NCBI GenBank assembly: GCA_028278065.1
Contig: JANQFA010000079.1
Location: 252-64,251 of the forward strand
DNA from: Myxococcota bacterium
Lineage (GTDB): Bacteria; Myxococcota_A; UBA9160; JAFDET01
DNA: 64,000 nt
Direction: 5' to 3'
Shown here piece after piece: positions 18,415-26,762 of the stretch (position 1 is the stretch's first letter; each line of letters starts with the position of its first letter). The translations under genes and the position numbers were made by a program. The notes under the pieces were generated by a model, which saw nothing but the letters and a program-made list of their open reading frames with translations, had not been told where the DNA came from and did no database searches.

Positions 18415-18602
18415 TCCACAGCCCCCCCCAAGACCCGTACTCGTGAAAACTATTGAGAAGTCAGCGTGCTTGTCAATGGAATTGCGGGTAGCCTTGGGTT
18501 CTGGGGGTGGCGGCGCCGCGCGCGAGTCCGCCTGTCAGGGTGAAAAAACCCACAATTTCGCTGAATTGCGGATTTCGTACGAGATCCCGCCGAGGAGGCT
18601 GC

Positions 18603-20423
18603 ATGAGCGCAGATTCCGGGCCCGCTCGGAGAATCCGCCGCCTCGATCCGACCCTGATCGACCAGATCGCCGCCGGGGAGGTGGTGGAGCGTCCGGCCTC
18701 GGTGGTGAAGGAGCTGGTGGAGAACGCGCTCGATGCGGGCGCCTGCCGCGTTCGCGTCGAGATCCGGGACGGCGGGGCGACCCTGGTCTCAGTGAGCGAC
18801 GACGGCTGTGGCATGTCCCCGGAGCAGGCCGCGCTGGCCCTGGAACGCCACGCCACCAGCAAGCTGGCCAGCGCCGACGATCTGAGACGGATCGCCACCT
18901 TCGGCTTCCGGGGCGAGGCGCTCCCGGCGATCGCCTCGGTGTCCCGGCTGCGCCTGCGCACGCGCAGCGCGGACGCCGAGGAGGGCATCGAGATCCGCGT
19001 CGAGGCGGGCCGGGTGGTCGACCGGCGGCCGGCGAGCGGAGCGCCCGGGACGCGCATCGAGGTGGCCGACCTCTTCGCGGCGGTGCCCGCGCGCCGCAAG
19101 TTCCTGAAGAGCCCCACCACCGAGTGGGGGCACGTGGTCTCCTGGCTGGGTCGCGCGGCGCTGGCGCTGCCGGGGGTGCACTTCGATGTGCGCCGGGACG
19201 GCAAGGACGTGCTGGCCTGGCCCGCGGTCGTGGAGCCCCTGGAGCGGATCGCGGCCGTGCTGTCCGAGGCCGACGCCGCTGCGCTGGTGCCCGTGGAGCG
19301 CCGCGAAGGACCCCACGCCGTCTGGGGCTACACCTCGCGCCCCGATCGCCACCGCGCCACCGGGGCCGGGATCCACCTCTTCGTCAATGGGCGCCCGATT
19401 CGCGACCAGACGCTGCGGCACGCAGTCGTGGACGTGTATCGCGATCTCCTGCCGCGGGGCCGTTTCCCGACGGTAGTGCTCCACGTCGACGTGCCCGCCG
19501 ACGCCGTGGACGTGAACGTCCATCCGGCCAAGTGGGAGGTCCGCTTCAGCGAGCCGCGCGCCCTGCATCGTCTGGTGTCGCACGCACTGCGCGCCGCGCT
19601 CGAGGAGCGCCGCTGGCTCGGCGGGAACGAAGGCGCGCCCGTGAGCGCGACGCCCGCGCCCGCGCTGGGAGCGACCTCGACCTGGAGCACTGCGGGTGCG
19701 GCCCCGCCTGGCGAGCCGGCCGGCGACTGGCTCTTCGCCCGGCCAGCGGCGGTGGCCCACGCGGTGGCCGACGCGGAGGCCTCGACCGAGTCGGCCTCGG
19801 AGGGCGAGGTCGCGCCGTTCCGCTTCGGCGACCTGGCCCTGGTGGGGCAGATCCTCTCCACCTACCTGGTCGTCGAGGGCAAGGACGCGCTCCTCCTCGT
19901 GGACCAGCACGCCGCACACGAGCGGGTCCTCTACGAGCGGCTGCGGGCGGCGTGGCTCGAGGGTGGCGTCGAGCGTCAGGGCCTGCTGGCCCCGGCCACC
20001 GTGGAGCTCGAGCCGGCGGCGGTCGCTGCCCTCGGCGAGCACGCCGAGGCCACCCTGCGGCTCGGCTTCGAGATCGAGCCGTTCGACGCGGGCACCGTCG
20101 CGGTGCGCGCCGTGCCGGCCCTGCTGGCCGGCCGCAGTCCCGCCGAGCTGGTGCGGGGGCTGGCCGACGAGCTGCGCGGGGCCGGCGACGCCGACGCCGG
20201 GCTCTCCGCCGGGCCGCGCATCCTGCCCGAGGCGGACCGCGCACTCGCCACCCTGGCGTGTCACTCGGCGCGACGCGCGGCCGAGCCGCTGGTTCCGGCG
20301 GAGCAGCGGGCGCTCCTGGAGGCGCTCGACACGATCCCGTGGGCGGCCACCTGCCCGCACGGACGTCCGGTGGTGGTACCCATCGACCGCCACGAGATCG
20401 AGCGTCGCTTCGGCCGGCACTAG
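18603..20423 (+). CDS. mutL: DNA mismatch repair protein MutL
   Basis: ATG at 18603 inside track ORF 18507..20423. Sequence IRRLDPTLIDQIAAGEVVERPASVVKELVENALDAG and C-terminal CPHGRP. Confidence 0.95.
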   Translation: MSADSGPARRIRRLDPTLIDQIAAGEVVERPASVVKELVENALDAGACRVRVEIRDGGATLVSVSDDGCGMSPEQAALALERHATSKLASADDLRRIATFGFRGEALPAIASVSRLRLRTRSADAEEGIEIRVEAGRVVDRRPASGAPGTRIEVADLFAAVPARRKFLKSPTTEWGHVVSWLGRAALALPGVHFDVRRDGKDVLAWPAVVEPLERIAAVLSEADAAALVPVERREGPHAVWGYTSRPDRHRATGAGIHLFVNGRPIRDQTLRHAVVDVYRDLLPRGRFPTVVLHVDVPADAVDVNVHPAKWEVRFSEPRALHRLVSHALRAALEERRWLGGNEGAPVSATPAPALGATSTWSTAGAAPPGEPAGDWLFARPAAVAHAVADAEASTESASEGEVAPFRFGDLALVGQILSTYLVVEGKDALLLVDQHAAHERVLYERLRAAWLEGGVERQGLLAPATVELEPAAVAALGEHAEATLRLGFEIEPFDAGTVAVRAVPALLAGRSPAELVRGLADELRGAGDADAGLSAGPRILPEADRALATLACHSARRAAEPLVPAEQRALLEALDTIPWAATCPHGRPVVVPIDRHEIERRFGRH

Positions 20424-20552
20424 CACCCGGCTCACCGGCCGGCACTAGCACCCGGCTCACCGGCCGGCACTAGCGATCCGGCTCAGCGGCCGGCACTAGC
20501 GATCCGGCTCTCCAGCCGGCTCTAGCGGTAGGGCGTTCCGGCCGGCGCTAGC
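20411..20552. repeat. 25/26-bp tandem repeat, 4 clean + 2 degenerate units, each carrying TAG; the first unit holds the mutL stop
   Basis: CGGCCGGCACTAG at 20411, 20436, 20461 and 20487, with degenerate copies near 20513 and 20539. Confidence 0.9.
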
Positions 20553-20562
20553 TTCCCGCGCC

Positions 20563-21519
20563 ATGGTGAACGGGAGTCAGGCGCGGCCGCCGGTGGTGGT
20601 GGTGACGGGTCCGACCGCCACCGGCAAGTCGGCTCTGGCGATCGAGCTGGCCGAGCGCTTCGGCGGCGAGATCGTGAACGCCGATTCGATGCAGGTCTAT
20701 CGCTACCTGGACATCGGGACGGCGAAGCCCGGCCTCGAGGAGCGCGCACGGGTGCCGCACCATCTCTTCGACGTCGTGACCCCGGACATCGAGTACAGCG
20801 CCGGACGCTACCTGCAGGACGCGCGGGCGGCGGCGGCGATCATCCACGGCCGCGGCGCGCCGCTCTTCCTGGTGGGCGGAACGGGCCTCTACATCCGGGC
20901 CTTCCTGCACGGACTGGTGGGGGAAGGGGGCGCCGCCGACACCGCGCTGCGCGAGCGCCTCGAAGCGGAGCACGCCCGGGCGCTGGCCGAGGGCGACCCC
21001 TCCCGACTACACCGGCGCCTTGAGGAGGAGGACCCGGACTCGGCGCGCACGATCCACCCGAACGACGTGCGGCGCATCGTGCGCGCCCTCGAGATCCTCG
21101 ATCACACCGGAGAGGCGCCGTCGCGGGTGCGCGCGCGCCAGGCGTTCGACGACTCGCCGTACCGCTCACTCCACCTGGTGCTGGATCTCGAGGTCGAGGA
21201 GCTGGATGTACGCATCGACGCGCGCTGCCGCGCGATGGTGGAGGGCGGCCTGCTCCAGGAGGTGCGCGACCTGGTGGATCGCGGCTACGGCCCGGAGCTG
21301 CGCCCGCTGCAGGCGATCGGCTATCGGCACATGTGGCCCGTCGTGGACGGCTCGGACACCCTGGCGCATGCGCTCGCGCAGATGCAACGCGACACACGAC
21401 GCTTCGCGCGACGTCAGCGCACCTGGCTGCGCCGCGTCCCCGAGGCCATCTGGGTGGATCCCCGCGACCCGCCGGGCATCGCGAAGCGGGTGGAGGCGTT
21501 CTCGGACGGAGTCGGCTAG
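20563..21519 (+). CDS. miaA: tRNA dimethylallyltransferase
   Basis: 318 aa. Sequence VVVVTGPTATGKSALAIELA, NADSMQVYRYLDIGTAKP. Confidence 0.95.
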   Translation: MVNGSQARPPVVVVTGPTATGKSALAIELAERFGGEIVNADSMQVYRYLDIGTAKPGLEERARVPHHLFDVVTPDIEYSAGRYLQDARAAAAIIHGRGAPLFLVGGTGLYIRAFLHGLVGEGGAADTALRERLEAEHARALAEGDPSRLHRRLEEEDPDSARTIHPNDVRRIVRALEILDHTGEAPSRVRARQAFDDSPYRSLHLVLDLEVEELDVRIDARCRAMVEGGLLQEVRDLVDRGYGPELRPLQAIGYRHMWPVVDGSDTLAHALAQMQRDTRRFARRQRTWLRRVPEAIWVDPRDPPGIAKRVEAFSDGVG

Positions 21520-21968
21520 AAGGGTGCCGCCGTGTAGTCGACCCCGAGCTTGAAATCGAAGACCGTGGTCGGGTAGTCCCAGATGACGGCTTCGCTCTTC
21601 TCGGACGGGGCGAAGAGCGGATCCATCTCCGCGTCGGTGAAGAGCAGGACCAGGCCTGGGAGAAGCTCGAAGACCCCGGCGAGGGTGCGCAGCACCGACG
21701 CGCCCAGGTGCAGACCGAGGAGCCAGATGTACCCGGGCACGACCCAGAAGACGCGGACCGCGGTCGTGTCGTCGATGTTCTTGAGATTGCGGTACTCGAC
21801 GATTCCGGCCGTGATGGGCGCCAGCACCAGGTCGATCGGCCCCTGGATCATGTTCCCGAAGGAACGCTTGAGCGTCTCCGGTCCGGCCAGGGCCGACGTC
21901 GGGGTCAGCAAGAACGAGAAGACCACCCCGATGGCGGCGAGGCGGCGAAGCGGATGATTGGCGCGCAA
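21516..21968 (-). CDS. small secreted/membrane hypothetical protein
   Basis: 150 aa with a signal peptide and a central hydrophobic hairpin. From memory it vaguely resembles exosortase-system-associated small proteins (unverified). Its stop overlaps the miaA stop (CTAG). Confidence 0.55.
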   Translation of the reverse strand: MRANHPLRRLAAIGVVFSFLLTPTSALAGPETLKRSFGNMIQGPIDLVLAPITAGIVEYRNLKNIDDTTAVRVFWVVPGYIWLLGLHLGASVLRTLAGVFELLPGLVLLFTDAEMDPLFAPSEKSEAVIWDYPTTVFDFKLGVDYTAAPF

Positions 21969-22132
21969 GACGGTTCCCCCGTGCGGGCCCGAAAACCCCC
22001 TTCGGAACCCGCCCGCAAAGCTAATTGCGACGACGGCCTCCTGTCAAGCAAAGCCGCGCGTCGACGAGAGGTTGTCTGCGTTCTTGCAGCCCGAGGGCTC
22101 CGGGGTAATCTGCCACACCCCTCCCGAGCCCC

Positions 22133-23494
22133 GTGATGCCTTCCCCGCGCGCGCTCCCCATCGTGGCCATCGTCGGCCGCCCGAACGTCGGGAAGTCCAC
22201 CCTGTTCAACCGCTACGCCGGCACCAGGAGGGCGCTCGTCGAGGACACCCCCGGCCTGACCCGCGACCGGATCGTCGAGGAGGTCGAGGTCGCGGGACGC
22301 CGCATCCTGGTGGCCGACACCGCGGGCTTCGATCCGGACGCCGAGCGCGGGCTCCCGGGCGCAGTCCAGGCGCAGGCGCGCGCTGCGGTGGCGGAGGCGG
22401 ACGCGATCCTGCTGGTGGTCGACGGCGCGGCGGGGCTCCTCCCCGAGGACGAGCGCATCGGCGCAGAGCTCCGCCGCACCGACAAGCCGGTCGCCCTCGC
22501 CGTCAACAAGATCGACCACCCCAAGCATGCGGAGCGGGTGCACGAGTTCCACGCCCTGGGCTTCGAGCCGATCGAGGCGGTCTCGGCCGCCCACGGCATC
22601 CACGTCTTCGACGTGCTCGAGGCGCTGGTGGAGCGCCTCCCCCCGGACGAGGCCGCGCCCGAGGAGCCCGGCGACGCCGCGGCGCTACGCGTGGCCGTGG
22701 TGGGCCGGCCCAACGTCGGGAAGAGCTCGCTGGTCAACCGGCTGGTGGGGAGCGAGCGCATGGTCGTGGCCGACGAGCCGGGCACGACCCGCGACTCGGT
22801 GGACCTGCACCTCGAGCGGGATGGCGAGCGCTACGTCCTCGTCGACACCGCGGGGCTCCGCCGCACGGCGCGCCGCGCGACGGGAGGCGAGAAGGGCGGG
22901 GCGCTGATGGCGATCCGCGCCCTGGAGCGCGCCGACGTGGCGCTGCTGCTGGTCGACGCAGAAGAGGGCGCCACGGAGCAGGACGCACGCGTGGCCGGCA
23001 TGGTGATGGACCGCTACCGGCCCGCCGTGATCGTCGCGAACAAGTGGGACCGCGTCGGCGGTGAGGCGGGGCCCGACCCGGAGCGGGTGCGGGAGGGCAT
23101 CGCGCGGCGCCTGCGCTTCCTGCAGGACGCGCCGGTCGTTCCCGTGTCGGCGCGGACGGGCGCCGGCGTGGGCCGTCTTCTCGGGGAGGCGCGCCGCCTC
23201 CACGAAGCCTCGACCCGCAGCGTGCCCACCGCCGACCTGAACCGCTGGCTGGAGGACGCGACCGGGCGACACCAGCCTGCCCTGGGCCAGCGCGGCACCA
23301 CCCGGCGACCGATCCGCTTCTTCTACGCCACCCAGACCGGAGTGTCGCCGCCCACCTTCGTGCTCTTCTGCACCGACCCCAGGGCGGTCAAGGAAGACTA
23401 CCGGCGCTACCTGGAGAACCGGCTGCGCGAGGCCTTCGGGTTCACCGGGATCCCCGTGCGGCTGCGCCTGCGCGCCCGGCGCGACGGCGCATAG
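22133..23494 (+). CDS. der: ribosome-associated GTPase Der (EngA)
   Basis: Two tandem GTPase domains (GRPNVGKST and GRPNVGKSS) plus a KH-like C-terminus. The start is the GTG at 22133 or the ATG at 22136. Confidence 0.95.
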   Translation: MMPSPRALPIVAIVGRPNVGKSTLFNRYAGTRRALVEDTPGLTRDRIVEEVEVAGRRILVADTAGFDPDAERGLPGAVQAQARAAVAEADAILLVVDGAAGLLPEDERIGAELRRTDKPVALAVNKIDHPKHAERVHEFHALGFEPIEAVSAAHGIHVFDVLEALVERLPPDEAAPEEPGDAAALRVAVVGRPNVGKSSLVNRLVGSERMVVADEPGTTRDSVDLHLERDGERYVLVDTAGLRRTARRATGGEKGGALMAIRALERADVALLLVDAEEGATEQDARVAGMVMDRYRPAVIVANKWDRVGGEAGPDPERVREGIARRLRFLQDAPVVPVSARTGAGVGRLLGEARRLHEASTRSVPTADLNRWLEDATGRHQPALGQRGTTRRPIRFFYATQTGVSPPTFVLFCTDPRAVKEDYRRYLENRLREAFGFTGIPVRLRLRARRDGA

Positions 23495-23544
23495 TCGGAT
23501 CCGTCGAGTCCAGTACAATCCGCGCCTCGTACTGGGAGGACCCC

Positions 23545-24282
23545 GTGGCTCGACGCAGCCTGGAAGACAACCCCACCGCCCATACCCTCGAGGAGATCCA
23601 GAACTTCGGGGACAAGGTGGTGGAGCGGATCTCCGCGAACCCGGTCCCCGTGCTGGCGATCATCGGGGGGGTCCTGCTGGTCGCGGCGATCGTCGGGGGA
23701 ACCGCCCAGTACCGCCGCAGCGCCGGCGACGACGCCACGGCAGCCCTGGAGAGCGCTCGTCTGGAGTACATCGAGTCGATGGGCGGGACGTACGCCAGCC
23801 CGGAGGTTCCCGAGCCCGCCAACCCGGAGACGGCGCGCCGCATCCGGGCGGAGTACGCCGAGACCTTCCTGGCCGTGGCGGCCGAGCATCCGGGGACGCC
23901 GGCGGCCACCCTGGCGCGGCTCGAGGCCGGAGACCTGCGCCAGGAGATGGGCGATGCCGAGGCCGCCGTCGAGCTGTGGCGGAGCGCAGCCGCCGAGGCC
24001 GCGGGCCCGTTGAAGGCGCTCCTCCTGCAGCGCATCGCCCACGCGGAGGAGGCGGCCGGCCGTTTCTCCGAGGCCGGCGAGGCCTACGTCCAGGTGGGCG
24101 AGATCGCCGACTATCCGCTCCGCTACGAGGCGCTGGGCGACGCCGCACGCTGCTTCGCCGAGGCCGGCGACCCCGAGCGGGCGGTGGCGCTCTACCGGCG
24201 CATCACCGCCGAGTCGCCGGAGACGCGCCTGACACCCCACGTGGCTGCCCGCCTGCGCGAGCTCGAGGCCGCGCAGCGCTAG
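23545..24282 (+). CDS. membrane-anchored TPR-like protein (YfgM-like)
   Basis: 245 aa. GTG start after GGGAGGA, one N-terminal TM helix, then a helical repeat region. Sits immediately after der. Confidence 0.65.
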   Translation: MARRSLEDNPTAHTLEEIQNFGDKVVERISANPVPVLAIIGGVLLVAAIVGGTAQYRRSAGDDATAALESARLEYIESMGGTYASPEVPEPANPETARRIRAEYAETFLAVAAEHPGTPAATLARLEAGDLRQEMGDAEAAVELWRSAAAEAAGPLKALLLQRIAHAEEAAGRFSEAGEAYVQVGEIADYPLRYEALGDAARCFAEAGDPERAVALYRRITAESPETRLTPHVAARLRELEAAQR

Positions 24283-24293
24283 AGCCGGTCTGG

Positions 24294-24377
24294 CTGGCAC
24301 CGGAACCGGCTCACGCTGGCGCCGCTCTTGGGCGCCTGGCACCGGAGGGCGGCTCCAGCTGGCGCGGCTCTCGGGCG
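24294..24377. repeat. degenerate 42-bp tandem repeat, 2 units
   Basis: CTGGCACCGGA at 24294 and 24336. The remainder of each unit is similar but diverged. Confidence 0.7.
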
Positions 24378-24387
24378 CCCCTCCCCC

Positions 24388-24422
24388 AATACGTCCGATA
24401 AGATATATTATGTCAAATAGCA
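24388..24422. other. AT-rich island in an otherwise GC-rich intergenic region (possible promoter/architectural site)
   Basis: AATACGTCCGATAAGATATATTATGTCAAATAGCA. The minus strand carries a perfect TTGACA (24416-24411). No convincing full promoter on either strand. Confidence 0.2.
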
Positions 24423-24608
24423 TCCGGAGCCCTCGGAGGTGGTCTCGCGGCCACCCGGGCGCATGCGGCCCGACCCCGCCCTGCCCGCGGGCCCTGGAGG
24501 GGCTGGAAGGCCGTGGCGGGGCGGCTTCGCCGTCTCCGCGCGATCCGCTTCCCCCCGCGGCCTCTCTGTGCTACAGCGCGCGACGAATCGGGGGGTACGA
24601 ATCGGACG

Positions 24609-25292
24609 ATGGCGCCCGCGCGCAAAGCCAAGAAGAAGCCCGCCTCCAAGAAGGCGGCCAGCCGCAAGAAGACCGGCACCTCCAAGGCGAAGAAGGCGGC
24701 CTCCAAGAAGAAGCCCGCCTCCAAGGCCGCGACGAAGAAGACCGCCAAGAAGAAGGCGCCGGCCAAGAAGACCGCCCGCAAGGCGGCCGCGAAGAAGCCC
24801 GCCGCCGGGAAGAAGGAGGCGGCGGCGAGCAAGAAGGCCGGGGCCCGCAAGGCGGAGCCCCGCCGCGCGCGGCGAGCTCCGGCCATCCGCAGCCGCAAGG
24901 CCGCGGAGACCTCCGGGATGCACGCCGCCCTCGGCGGCGACAGCGTCCGCAAGAGCAAGCACGGCCAGAAGTGGACCTGCTTCGCCTGCGGCAAGAAGTT
25001 CTACGACCTGAACGCGCCCGAGCCGATCTGTCCCAGCTGCGGCGCGAACCAGCTCGACAAGCCCAAGGAGACGGCGCCGGCCGCCCCCAAGCCCGCCAAG
25101 AAGGCCTCGGGACGCTCGCGCGATGCCCGCTCGCTGGCGCCCTACCTGGACGACGACGACGGGTCGACCCGCAAGGAGTCCCTGAGCAGCGAGGAGATGG
25201 AGCTCGAGTTCGGTGGGGTCGCGGGCGACGACGACCTCGGCGAGGCCTTCGACGACGACTCGGTGGTCCTCGACACGGTCGAGGAGGACTGA
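24609..25292 (+). CDS. FYDLN_acid-family zinc-ribbon protein with histone-H1-like Lys/Ala-rich N-terminal extension and acidic tail
   Basis: ATG at 24609 inside track ORF 24513..25292. [15 protein letters not shown]... repeats for about 90 aa, then [24 protein letters not shown], then an Asp/Glu-rich C-terminus. Confidence 0.8.
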   Translation: MAPARKAKKKPASKKAASRKKTGTSKAKKAASKKKPASKAATKKTAKKKAPAKKTARKAAAKKPAAGKKEAAASKKAGARKAEPRRARRAPAIRSRKAAETSGMHAALGGDSVRKSKHGQKWTCFACGKKFYDLNAPEPICPSCGANQLDKPKETAPAAPKPAKKASGRSRDARSLAPYLDDDDGSTRKESLSSEEMELEFGGVAGDDDLGEAFDDDSVVLDTVEED

Positions 25293-25349
25293 GGCCCCGC
25301 CGCCGAGGACGGCCGTCGCCGCCGAGCCGTCGAGCTCTGGCGAAGACGC

Positions 25350-25787
25350 TCAGTAGTCGAGGGTGGTGAGCCGGCGCAGATGCAGGGCCCAGCGGTCGGC
25401 CTCTGCGGCGCGCAGGCGCTGCTCCTCGTCGAGCTCGGCCAGGACCACCTCGCGCTCGGCGAGCCCGCTCTTGAGATCGCGGACCTTCCTGCCCTGGGCA
25501 TAGACGCGGTCGAACTCCCGGGCACGGTCATCGACGTGGCCGGTCCCGGCGGCGCTGGCGCGCTGCGTCCGCGCCTGCTCCCAGGCCTTCGAGTACTGCT
25601 TCACCTCGGAGCGATAGGCCTCCGCCATCGAGTGGAGATCGGCGTCCGAGTAGCCTCGCCAGGGGCGCGGGATCGTCGCCTCCTTCTCCAGATTCCGCTG
25701 GTAGTTCCAGGCGCCGGCGCCGCCGACGATCGCCAGCAGCACGAGCAGCAAGAGCAGGGTCTTCCCCGCGCCTCCCGAACCGGTCAT
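25350..25787 (-). CDS. membrane-anchored hypothetical protein (coiled-coil)
   Basis: 145 aa with one N-terminal TM helix (KTLLLLLVLLAIVGGAGAW). Confidence 0.55.
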   Translation of the reverse strand: MTGSGGAGKTLLLLLVLLAIVGGAGAWNYQRNLEKEATIPRPWRGYSDADLHSMAEAYRSEVKQYSKAWEQARTQRASAAGTGHVDDRAREFDRVYAQGRKVRDLKSGLAEREVVLAELDEEQRLRAAEADRWALHLRRLTTLDY

Positions 25788-25799
25788 CGCCCTTCCCCC

Positions 25800-26762
25800 T
25801 CAGGCGTCGGGGTCGCGCCAGGGCTCCCGTTCCGAGTCCGCCTCGAAGGCCAGCAGCCCCGCGCGGTCCGGAAGTCCTCCCTGGGCACCCAGCGCCCTGC
25901 AGTTCATGGCCGCCATGGCGGCCGCAGCCTCCAGCACCCCCGCGGCGGGCCGGCCCTCCAGGAGGCCCCAGATCAGGCCCGCCATGAACGCGTCGCCGGC
26001 GCCGGTGGTGTCCAGCGCCGCGACCCGGAAGGCCGGAACGCGGAGCTCGCCCTCTCGGGTGAGCGCCAACGCCCCGTCCCGGCCGAGCGTGACGACAGCC
26101 ATCCGCGCGCCCCCGGCGACGAGTCCTGCGAGGGCCTCCCCCATCGAGGAGGTCCTGAAGAACGTTTCGGCAAACGCCCCGGAGACAACAGGAAAATCGA
26201 CCGCTCCGACCAGGGACTCGAGGTCTGGAGCCGGGCTGTCGACGTCCAGCACCACGGGCACGCCGGCGGCGCGCGCCGCGCGCGCCGCTTCGCGTGCGGC
26301 CTCGGGATCGCCGGTATCGAGGTGCAGGACGCGCGCAGCCCGGACCGCATCGAGCGGGACCTCCTGCGGTCTCAGCGTCAGGGCGGGATCGCGGTGGCCC
26401 AGGATGGCGCGCCCCCCACCCTCTTCCAGCCAGATCTGCGCAGTGCGGCTCGGCAGTCCGGGACGCACCACGACGGAGGAGACGTCGACGCCGGCGGCGG
26501 CCAGCGGAGCCAGGGCCTCGCGTCCCTCCGCGTCGTCGCCCACCGCCGAGACGAAGCGCGCTCGCAGGCCCAGTCGCGCGCAGCCGAGCAGGGCCGTGGC
26601 CACCTGCCCGCCCGGACAGCGGGCCACCTCGCTGGCCTCGCCCTTGCCGCCCGGGGCTGGGATCGCCCGCGTCCGGCAGACCACGTCGAGCGACACCTGG
26701 CCCACGCCGACGACGTCGACCCCGCCCGCGGCCGCGCGCGGCGTCCACAGGGGACCGCTCAA
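25800..26762 (-). CDS. PfkB-family carbohydrate kinase
   Basis: C-terminal 320 aa of track ORF 25800..28541. The TTG at 26762 overlaps the slt stop (TTGA). Sequence DTTGAGDAF near the C-terminus. Confidence 0.8.
   Translation of the reverse strand: MSGPLWTPRAAAGGVDVVGVGQVSLDVVCRTRAIPAPGGKGEASEVARCPGGQVATALLGCARLGLRARFVSAVGDDAEGREALAPLAAAGVDVSSVVVRPGLPSRTAQIWLEEGGGRAILGHRDPALTLRPQEVPLDAVRAARVLHLDTGDPEAAREAARAARAAGVPVVLDVDSPAPDLESLVGAVDFPVVSGAFAETFFRTSSMGEALAGLVAGGARMAVVTLGRDGALALTREGELRVPAFRVAALDTTGAGDAFMAGLIWGLLEGRPAAGVLEAAAAMAAMNCRALGAQGGLPDRAGLLAFEADSEREPWRDPDA

Noticed and set aside
20424-20562. Possible small ORFs or peptides in the mutL-miaA repeat
   Set aside because: Every frame is closed repeatedly by the TAG-bearing units, and no start/SD context is present.
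24294-24345. TGGCAC motifs in the 42-bp repeat as sigma-54 promoters
   Set aside because: The sequence 10 nt downstream of the GG is CCGG or GGCG, not TTGC. No -12 element is present.
24410-25369. 319-aa ORF starting at the ATG inside the AT-rich island
   Set aside because: Its frame gives Arg/Gly/Pro-rich nonsense. The FYDLN-family frame (24609..25292) has the recognisable zinc-ribbon motif and a biased but biologically sensible composition.
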